This document shows positions 1 through 7,154 of a stretch of 21,649 bases of DNA, in pieces. How positions within the stretch are numbered: the stretch's first letter is position 1; the number at the start of each line of letters is the position of its first letter. The notes under the pieces are model-generated. The model was not told where the DNA came from. It worked only from the letters and a program-made list of their open reading frames with translations, and ran no database searches. Made by a program: the position numbers and the translations under genes. The stretch is from Chthoniobacteraceae bacterium (GTDB taxonomy: Bacteria; Verrucomicrobiota; Verrucomicrobiia; Chthoniobacterales; Chthoniobacteraceae). The DNA lies in NCBI GenBank assembly GCA_031409655.1, contig JANNXQ010000287.1, positions 1 to 21,649 of the forward strand. The letters are read 5' to 3'.

Positions 1-1
1 G

Positions 2-697
2 CCCGAGGGCATCGCGCCGGAATGCTGGTGGGCGAAGAAATTTCCCGTCGCGCAGATCAATCACTACCCGAATGGCGACCTGAACGTGAACATGCTGCCG
101 ACGATGGAGGGCGTGGAGTTCATGAAGCTCGGCTGGGTGGATGCGCGCACGGAATGCGAGCGGCGTGTGCGCGCGCATTGGCACGACCTCCAGACGCGGT
201 GCGCCGAGTTCCGCGGCTTCCGGCTCGACGCTATCGCGCCCGTGCTCGGCGTGCGCGAGACGAAGCGTGTCGTCGGCGAATACGTGCTTACGCAGAACGA
301 TCTCGATGCGGGCATCAGCGGGAAGAAGCACGCCGACATCATCTGTCTCGCCGACCATCCGTGCGACACGCACGGCGGGCACAACAAGGGCATCAAGCCG
401 TTGCGCGAACCCTACGGCGTGCCGTTCCGCTGCCTGATTCCGCGCGGGACGCGCAACCTGCTCATCACCTGCCGCGCGGCGAGCTTCAGTTCCATCGCCG
501 CATCGAGCTGTCGCCTCTCGCGCACGATGATGCAGCTCGGTCAGGCCGCAGGCACGGCGGTCGCCCTGGCAAAGGAGTTGAAAATCGAAGTGCCTGATGT
601 GCCGGCGGAGCGTCTGCGGGAGTCGTTGCGCAGGCAGCACGTCCAATTAGAGCATCCGATGCCCGACGAACTGCGGAGCCACCTTCAGAAAGAATAG
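2..697 (+). CDS. FAD-dependent oxidoreductase (FAD_oxidored-like family), C-terminal part; 5' end lies outside the window
   Basis: Frame 2 is open from the window edge (PEGIAPECWWAKKFP...) to TAG at 695-697. It has motifs typical of the family C-terminus: 'GVRETKRVVGEYVLTQNDL', 'YGVPFRCLIP...NLLITCRAAS', 'SSCRLSRTMMQLGQAAGTA'. Confidence 0.8.
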   Translation, partial: PEGIAPECWWAKKFPVAQINHYPNGDLNVNMLPTMEGVEFMKLGWVDARTECERRVRAHWHDLQTRCAEFRGFRLDAIAPVLGVRETKRVVGEYVLTQNDLDAGISGKKHADIICLADHPCDTHGGHNKGIKPLREPYGVPFRCLIPRGTRNLLITCRAASFSSIAASSCRLSRTMMQLGQAAGTAVALAKELKIEVPDVPAERLRESLRRQHVQLEHPMPDELRSHLQKE

Positions 698-699
698 CC

Positions 700-2784
700 A
701 TGCGACCCTCGCACACACTCATCACTGTCCTGCTCCTCGCCATTGCGGGCACGGGCTCGGAGGCCGCGCCATTTGTCGCAGGCTTCGATCGCTTCCACGG
801 CGCGCAGCCCTCGGAGGAAGGCGGGCGGCTGCTCTTCAATGAACTCGGCTGTGCGAATTGCCACGGTGGTGAGACGGGGCTGCCTGCGCGGCGCGGGCCG
901 GATCTCGTTGGGGTCACGCAGCGCGTGAGTGCGGAGTGGCTGCGAAAATTCCTCGCGAATCCGTCTGCGACGCATGAGGGCACGGCGATGCCGCAACTGC
1001 TGGCTCCGGACGAGAGTGATGCGGTGCTGCATTACCTCGGCACGCTGAAGCCGAAGGTGGCGGCGAAGCCGAAGGTGCTCCGGCATGTGAATGCCGTGCG
1101 TGGCGGCGAGCTGTTTCACACGATGGGCTGCGTCGCGTGTCATGCGCCGGGGAGGGATTTCACGCCGCCGGATGGGATGCCGAAGGCTGCGGATTTCACG
1201 CATCGCTCGGTCGCGTTTCCGAATCTCGCGGAGAAGCATGTGCTGTCGTCGCTCGCGGAGTTCATCCGCGATCCGCTGAAGGTGCGCGCGGATGGTCGCA
1301 TGCCGAAGACTGCAATGGATGAGCAGGACTCGGTGGACGTCGCGGGCTGGCTGCTGAATTTCGAGGGCAGCGACGGACAGATCGCGTCGAAGATTCCGGC
1401 GTTCAAGGCGGACGCTGCGCTCGCGGAACGCGGGCGCGGTCTGGTGGCGTCGTTGCGCTGCGCGGCGTGTCACGAGCTGCCGAAGGATGTGGCTGCGCAG
1501 CCGGTGGCGCTGAAGCGGACGGGCGGCGGATGCCTCGGCGATGCGAAGGCTGCCGGTGTCCCGCGCTACGATCTCAGCGCGGCGCAGCGCGAGGCACTTT
1601 CGCTCTTTTTGAAAAAGCGCGATGAGCCTGCGACTCCGCAGCAACTCGCGACGCTCACGCTCGAAGCGCTGAACTGTCTCGCATGCCACGACCGCGATGG
1701 ACGCGGCGGGCCGGATGTGGCGCGGAAGGCGTATTTTGTCGGCGACCACAATCTCGGCGACACGGGCCGCTACGCTCCGCCGCTCACGGGCGTGGGTCGC
1801 AAGCTGCAGCCCGAGTGGCTCGCGAAAGTGCTGACCGGGGAGTTCCGCGTGCGGCCGTATTTGCAGACGAAGATGCCGGTGTATGGCGCGGCGACGGCGA
1901 CGCTCGGTGCATTGCTCGCGAAGGCGGATGCGAAGACGGAAGCGGCGCTGCCCGGCGGCGACGACACCGCGGGGCGCAAACTCATGGGCACACTCGGCGG
2001 GCTTGGTTGCATCACGTGTCATCGCTGGGGCGAGCGCCCTTCGCTCGGCATCCAGGGGCTCGACCTGAGCAATCTTGGCCAGCGCATCCAGCTGGGCTGG
2101 TTCCGCGAGTATGTCGTGAATCCCGCGGCGTATCGCGCAGGCACGCTCATGCCTTCATTTTGGCCCGAGGGAATGGCGGCGAATCGCGACATCCTCGGCG
2201 GTGACACCGCGCGGCAGATCGCGTCCATCTACTCGTTTGCGAAGAGCGCGAATGGCGAGCCGGAGGGTTTCCCGGAAAATCAGAGCGGTGAGTTTGAAAT
2301 TGTCCCGAAGGAATTTCCCGTCGTGCAGCGGACCTTTATGGAAGGCGTCGGCACGCACGCCATCCTCGTCGGCTTTCCCCAAGGCGTGCATCTGGCCTAC
2401 GACGGGAAAAACGGACGTCCCGCACTCGCGTGGCGCGGCAAGTTCTTTGATGCCTACAACACTTGGTTCTCCCGGTTCGCGCCTTTTGAAAAGCCTATCG
2501 GGACGGAAGTCGTGCCATGGCCCACCGCCTCGGCTAGCAGCGCGGGCACAAGCTTCGACGGCTATCGCCTCGACGCGCAGCGCGTGCCGATCTTCCTGCT
2601 CACCATCGGAGGCGTGCGCGTCGAAGATCGCTTCGAGCCAAGCGACGGCGGACTGCGCCGCTCGCTGCAATGGGACGCCGCGGCGCTGCAAAGCATTGAG
2701 ATCACGCATCCCGATGGCGTCACCGTCGCCGAAGAATCCGACAGCGCTGCTGGCCACCGCCGGTTCACTTACCCCTGGAAATGA
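700..2784 (+). CDS. Secreted multiheme c-type cytochrome (5 CxxCH) of PVC type, with a non-heme C-terminal domain
   Basis: 694 aa with an N-terminal signal peptide (MRPSHTLITVLLLAIAGTGSEA). Heme motifs are CANCH, CVACH, CAACH, CLACH and CITCH, with class I cytochrome c features (GPDL/PPL, W..FL.NP, MP). It starts 2 nt after the upstream stop and overlaps the next gene by ATGA. Confidence 0.88.
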   Translation: MRPSHTLITVLLLAIAGTGSEAAPFVAGFDRFHGAQPSEEGGRLLFNELGCANCHGGETGLPARRGPDLVGVTQRVSAEWLRKFLANPSATHEGTAMPQLLAPDESDAVLHYLGTLKPKVAAKPKVLRHVNAVRGGELFHTMGCVACHAPGRDFTPPDGMPKAADFTHRSVAFPNLAEKHVLSSLAEFIRDPLKVRADGRMPKTAMDEQDSVDVAGWLLNFEGSDGQIASKIPAFKADAALAERGRGLVASLRCAACHELPKDVAAQPVALKRTGGGCLGDAKAAGVPRYDLSAAQREALSLFLKKRDEPATPQQLATLTLEALNCLACHDRDGRGGPDVARKAYFVGDHNLGDTGRYAPPLTGVGRKLQPEWLAKVLTGEFRVRPYLQTKMPVYGAATATLGALLAKADAKTEAALPGGDDTAGRKLMGTLGGLGCITCHRWGERPSLGIQGLDLSNLGQRIQLGWFREYVVNPAAYRAGTLMPSFWPEGMAANRDILGGDTARQIASIYSFAKSANGEPEGFPENQSGEFEIVPKEFPVVQRTFMEGVGTHAILVGFPQGVHLAYDGKNGRPALAWRGKFFDAYNTWFSRFAPFEKPIGTEVVPWPTASASSAGTSFDGYRLDAQRVPIFLLTIGGVRVEDRFEPSDGGLRRSLQWDAAALQSIEITHPDGVTVAEESDSAAGHRRFTYPWK

Positions 2785-4274
2785 AACTCGCCCTTTTCTC
2801 CCTCGCGCTACTGGTGAGCACTGCCGGGCTTGCGGCAGCCGCGCCTTACGAGATCCTCGACATCCTCACCGCGGATTCGCCGTCTGCGTCGCGCAGCAAG
2901 GACTGGAAGCCGGGCGCTGGCATCGCACTCGAAGTCAGCGGCATGGACTTTACCGCCGAGGGCAAACTCGCGGTCGCGATTCGCAAAGGTGAAGTGTACT
3001 TGCTGGATGGTGTGCTCGGCGGCGATGCGAGCAAGGTGACTTACAAGCTCTTTGCCTCGGGTCTGCACGAACCGCTCGGTCTGCTGCGCGACGGTGATGA
3101 TCTCCTCGTCGCTCAGCGCACGGAAGTCACGCGACTGCGCGACACGGACAAGGATGGCGTCGCTGACGAATATCTCACCGCGGGCCAGGGCTGGAACGTC
3201 TCGGGCGCATACCACGGCTACGCTTACGGACCCAAGCGCGACGGGCACGGCGATCTCTGGGTCTCGCTGAATGTGGACATGGGCGATCACGCGGACAATA
3301 AGGCGCCGTGGCGCGGCTGGGCCGGGATCATTGATCCGCATGGTAAGTTCAAAGCGATGGTCGCCGGGATGCGTTCGCCGTGCGGACTCGGCGCGAATGC
3401 GGCGGGCGATATGTTTTGCGTCGATCAGCAGGGCACGTGGATTTGCACCACACCGATCTATCATCTGCGATCCGGCGCGTTTTTTCTGAACCCCGAAGGC
3501 ATCGCCTCGCAGAATCTGCCCGGCTCCCCGCTTCACCTCTCCGCGCCCGTGCCAGAGAAGAGGCCGTATCCGGAAGCCGTGCGCGCACTGCCCGAAATGC
3601 GCCCGCCCGCCGTGTGGCTCCCCTACAACAAGATGGGCCGCAGCGGCACGGACCTCGTGACTATTCCCGCGGGCGGAAAGTTCGGCCCCTTCGACGGGCA
3701 GATGCTCGTCGCGGAATTCACCGATGCGAAGGTCGGGCGCGTCTTCATGGAGAAAGTGGACGGCGAATATCAGGGCGCGGCGTTTCCGTTCCTCGCTGGG
3801 TTTGCGTCGGGGATTGTGCGGCTGCTCTTCGCGCCGGACGGCAGTCTCATGGTCGGCATGACGAGCCGTGGATGGTCATCGCTCGGCACCAAGGCCTACG
3901 GACTGCAGCGGGTGCGCTGGAAAGGCGAGACTCCATTTGCCATCCGCGAGATGCGCGCTCGGCCGGATGGCTTCGAGCTCGCCTTCACTGAGCCCGTGGA
4001 TGCCTCGACCGCTGGCGATCCCGCGTCTTACGCCATGAAGAGCTACACGTATCTCTACAGCAGTGCGTATGGCAGCGAGGAGATCGAGACGCAGCCGTGT
4101 CCGATCGCGGGCGTGACCGTGAGCGAAGATCGCAAGAGCGTCATTTTGCAAGTGGATGGCCGGCGCGAACTCTACGTCCACGAGTTGCGCGCGGAAGGAG
4201 TCCGCTCGGTGGTAAAGGAAAGGCTCGATCACCCCGACGCCTACTACACGCTGAATCGCATCCCGAAACCGTAA
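2781..4274 (+). CDS. Secreted beta-propeller protein (glucose/sorbosone dehydrogenase-like PVC family) with a C-terminal beta-sandwich-like domain
   Basis: 497 aa with signal peptide MKLALFSLALLVSTAGLAAA. Propeller-type motifs: 'FASGLHEPLGL', 'TRLRDTDKDGVADEY', 'GMRSPCGLG', 'DQQGTW', 'FGPFDGQMLVAE', 'LFAPDGSLMVG'. 4-nt ATGA overlap with the cytochrome gene. Confidence 0.78.
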   Translation: MKLALFSLALLVSTAGLAAAAPYEILDILTADSPSASRSKDWKPGAGIALEVSGMDFTAEGKLAVAIRKGEVYLLDGVLGGDASKVTYKLFASGLHEPLGLLRDGDDLLVAQRTEVTRLRDTDKDGVADEYLTAGQGWNVSGAYHGYAYGPKRDGHGDLWVSLNVDMGDHADNKAPWRGWAGIIDPHGKFKAMVAGMRSPCGLGANAAGDMFCVDQQGTWICTTPIYHLRSGAFFLNPEGIASQNLPGSPLHLSAPVPEKRPYPEAVRALPEMRPPAVWLPYNKMGRSGTDLVTIPAGGKFGPFDGQMLVAEFTDAKVGRVFMEKVDGEYQGAAFPFLAGFASGIVRLLFAPDGSLMVGMTSRGWSSLGTKAYGLQRVRWKGETPFAIREMRARPDGFELAFTEPVDASTAGDPASYAMKSYTYLYSSAYGSEEIETQPCPIAGVTVSEDRKSVILQVDGRRELYVHELRAEGVRSVVKERLDHPDAYYTLNRIPKP

Positions 4275-4318
4275 TCTCGCAACGGGCTGTGGTTAATCCC
4301 AATTTCTCTCCCACGCTC

Positions 4319-5731
4319 ATGCGCATCCCTCGCTTCCTCGTTCTCCTTTTCGTCACCGTATCGGCCTTCGCTGCGGATCGGCCCAATGTCGTCCTGATCC
4401 TCGCCGACGATCTCGGCTACGGCGATCTGAGCTGCTACGGCCATCCGAAATTCAAAACGCCACGACTCGACCGCATGGCCGCGGAGGGTGCGAAGCTCAC
4501 CCAGTTCAATTGCCCGACCGCCTTCTGCGCCCCGACGCGGGCGTCGCTGATGACGGGGCGTTACCCCTTCCGCTGCGGCATGACGCAGAATCCCGCACCG
4601 GATGGCGGACCCACTGCGGACGCGCTCCGGATGCCGGCCTCCGAAGTCACGCTGGCGCAGGTGCTGAAGTCGGCGGGTTACGCGACGGGTATGATCGGCA
4701 AGTGGCACCTCGGTCACAAACCCGGCGCGCTGCCGACAGACCGCGGCTTCGATGAGTACTACGGCATCCCTTACTCAAACGACATGCGGCCCGTGCAGGT
4801 GCTCGAAGGCACAACAGTCGTCGAGTACCCCGTGGTGCAGGCGACGCTGACCACGCGCTATGCGAAACGCGCGACGGAGTTCATCCAGCGGCATAAGGCC
4901 AAGCCCTTCTTCCTCTATTTCGCCGAAGCGATGCCGCACAAGCCGCTGGCCGCTGCCGAGAAGCATTACAAGAAATCCGGCGCCGGACTCTATGGCGACG
5001 CCTTGGCGGATCTCGACGACAGCGTGGGCGCGGTGCTCGATGCGCTGAAAGAAAACGGTCTCGACAATAACACCCTTGTGCTTTTCACGAGCGACAACGG
5101 CGCGACCTTCGGCGGCAGCACGGGTGGCTTGCGCGGCATGAAGGGCAGCACTTACGAAGGCGGCTTCCGCGTGCCGATGATCGCGCGCTGGCCGGGAAAA
5201 ATCCCCGCCGGTCGAGTCTGCGGGGAGTTCGCGGTGATGATGGATCTTTTCGCCACCGCCGTAAAAGCTACTGGCGCGCAAATGCCCGATGCCCGGGTGC
5301 TCGATGGACGCGACATCCTGCCGCTCTTCACCAGCGCTGCGAAATCACCGCACGACTTCATCTTCGGCCACCAGAACTCGCGGCTCGCCACGATCCGCGA
5401 TGCCCGCTGGAAGCTGCACGTGCTCAAGCCAGGCATCGGACTGGCCGCCAGCTACCAACCTGGCGATCACTGGACCGATCCGCGCGCGCCCGACAGCGTG
5501 ACGATCCTCGCGCCCTGCGAGCAAGCGCAGCCGAGCGAGTATCCCGGCGTGAGGACGGGCGACGCATCGAATGCGATGCAGCTCTTCGACCTGGCCGCTG
5601 ATCCCAACGAGCAGCATGACGTCGCCACCGAACACCCGGACGAAATGCAGCGCCTGAAGGCTGCCTACGATGCGATGAACAAGGACGTGCCAGTGGTGGA
5701 GGAAGTGAAGCGCGTGCCTTTTCCGAAGTAA
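4319..5731 (+). CDS. Cys-type (formylglycine-dependent) sulfatase, secreted
   Basis: ATG at 4319 gives signal peptide MRIPRFLVLLFVTVSAFA, followed by 'RPNVVLILADDLGYGD', the sulfatase signature CAPTRASLMTG, 'GKWHLG', 'SDNG' and 'YEGGFRVP'. The ORF-track start at 4097 overlaps the previous gene and is unlikely. Confidence 0.93.
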   Translation: MRIPRFLVLLFVTVSAFAADRPNVVLILADDLGYGDLSCYGHPKFKTPRLDRMAAEGAKLTQFNCPTAFCAPTRASLMTGRYPFRCGMTQNPAPDGGPTADALRMPASEVTLAQVLKSAGYATGMIGKWHLGHKPGALPTDRGFDEYYGIPYSNDMRPVQVLEGTTVVEYPVVQATLTTRYAKRATEFIQRHKAKPFFLYFAEAMPHKPLAAAEKHYKKSGAGLYGDALADLDDSVGAVLDALKENGLDNNTLVLFTSDNGATFGGSTGGLRGMKGSTYEGGFRVPMIARWPGKIPAGRVCGEFAVMMDLFATAVKATGAQMPDARVLDGRDILPLFTSAAKSPHDFIFGHQNSRLATIRDARWKLHVLKPGIGLAASYQPGDHWTDPRAPDSVTILAPCEQAQPSEYPGVRTGDASNAMQLFDLAADPNEQHDVATEHPDEMQRLKAAYDAMNKDVPVVEEVKRVPFPK

Positions 5732-5762
5732 CCGCTCCCGCTTCACTGGCCGGACAACTCCC

Positions 5763-7016
5763 ATGAATTTATCCTGCATCAAACGACTCTTCATCGCTCT
5801 GGCCCTGATCGGAGCCGCCTCCGCCGCTGAGATCGTCGGGCCGTGGAATCTCACCGAACTCTTCCAGCCGCCGGCGATGCAGTGGATCACGCAGACCGGA
5901 CCGGTGCATGCGCTGACCTACGAGGGCGAAGTATTCGAAGATCATCGCACGGATGTTTTTGCGTTCTATGCCTCGCCGGCCACGCTCGGATTAGCCGAGC
6001 CCGGCACGAAGTTTCCGGGAGTGGTGCTCATCCACGGCGGCGGTGGGACGGCGTTTGCGGAATGGGCGTGGCTCTGGGCGAAGCGGGGATACGCGGCGAT
6101 TGCCATGGATCTTTCCGGCCGACGCCCGCCGGACCCCACTTTCGATGCGAAAACGGGTGCGCCCTCGAATTCACCGAACGATGCCAAGCTGCGCACACGG
6201 CTCCCGAAAGGAGGACCGGAGCATGGGCATCCGGAGAAGTTCGACTCGATCGGCGGCACGAGTGCGGACGACTGGCCCTTTCACGCCGCCGCGTCCGTGA
6301 TCCGGGCGCACTCGCTGCTGCGTTCCTTTCCCGAAGTGGACGCGGAGCACACGGCGGTCACCGGGATCAGTTGGGGCGGCTACACGACGTGCCTCGTGGC
6401 CTCGCTCGATCATCGCTTCAAGGCCGCCGTTCCCGTGTATGGCTGCGGCTTTCTGCACGAAGGCGAATCCGTGCAGAAGGCGAGCATCGACAAACTCGGC
6501 GACCGTCGCGACGCGTGGGTGAAGGCTTACGATCCTGGCAGCCTGCTGCCGCGCTGCCGCGTGCCGATCCTTTTTGTCAATGGAACGAACGACGTTCACT
6601 ACCCTCTGGATAGTTACGAGAAGAGTTTCGATGTCGTGCCGCGCGAGAAGCAGATGCGGATCGAAGTGAAGATGCCGCACGGTCATCCGCCCGGGTGGGC
6701 ACCGCAGGAGATCGGGCTTTTCATCGACGCGCACTGTCGTGGTGGCGCGCCTTTACCGGTGCCTGGAAAGGTGGAGATCGCGGGCGAGAAAGTGCGCGTG
6801 GCTTTCACCAGCGCAGTGCCTCTGAAGTCTGCATCGCTCCACTACACCACCGATGCAGGCCTCCGCTCCAAGCGCGATTGGCAGAGTGTGCCTGCAACGA
6901 TCGACGGCGATCACGTGACCGCGCCAAAGCCGCCTGCGGAGGCGAACACGTGGTTCGTTACGCTGACTGACGAACGTGGCGCGATGATCACGACGCCGGT
7001 GCACTTTCAGCCGTAG
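5763..7016 (+). CDS. Secreted alpha/beta-hydrolase (acetylxylan esterase / dienelactone hydrolase-like)
   Basis: 417 aa with a signal peptide, 'VLIHGGGG', nucleophile elbow GISWGG, acid 'GTNDVHY' and histidine region 'MPHGH'. Confidence 0.85.
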   Translation: MNLSCIKRLFIALALIGAASAAEIVGPWNLTELFQPPAMQWITQTGPVHALTYEGEVFEDHRTDVFAFYASPATLGLAEPGTKFPGVVLIHGGGGTAFAEWAWLWAKRGYAAIAMDLSGRRPPDPTFDAKTGAPSNSPNDAKLRTRLPKGGPEHGHPEKFDSIGGTSADDWPFHAAASVIRAHSLLRSFPEVDAEHTAVTGISWGGYTTCLVASLDHRFKAAVPVYGCGFLHEGESVQKASIDKLGDRRDAWVKAYDPGSLLPRCRVPILFVNGTNDVHYPLDSYEKSFDVVPREKQMRIEVKMPHGHPPGWAPQEIGLFIDAHCRGGAPLPVPGKVEIAGEKVRVAFTSAVPLKSASLHYTTDAGLRSKRDWQSVPATIDGDHVTAPKPPAEANTWFVTLTDERGAMITTPVHFQP

Positions 7017-7053
7017 CAGGCGTCGAAGGCAGACTCGGGGAGGGGAGTCGGAA

Positions 7054-7117
7054 CCAAGGAGCAGGGGCGCCCTCGCCCCGAGGATCGACTGGGGGCGAGG
7101 GCGCCCCTAATCCTTGG
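7054..7117. repeat. REP-doublet-like long inverted repeat between convergent genes; possible bidirectional terminator or RNA stabiliser
   Basis: ccaagga-gc-aggggcgccctcgcccc ... ggggcgagggcgcccct-aa-tccttgg gives a 17-bp perfect inner stem plus a 7-bp outer stem. Each arm is itself a hairpin (ggggcg-N4-cgcccc). No U-tract. Confidence 0.75.
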
Positions 7118-7154
7118 GTGGATCGCCGCTCGCTCGTTTACAAACTCGGCTCTG

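Noticed and set aside
685..2022. 445-aa - strand ORF over the cytochrome gene (similarly 12583-13587, 17323-18708 and 19066-20247)
   Set aside because: Arg/His-rich antisense translations without family motifs that fully overlap well-supported genes.
4097..4318. Longer N-terminus for the sulfatase (and 13536-13691 for the prepilin, 16607-16678 for the AlkD-like gene)
   Set aside because: The extensions overlap upstream genes or intergenic DNA and precede obvious family-typical N-termini.
7017..7154. Search for a small RiPP precursor ORF next to the RRE-M50 gene
   Set aside because: The region is occupied by the inverted repeat, and no credible short ORF with a leader/core pattern was found here or in the other operon gaps.
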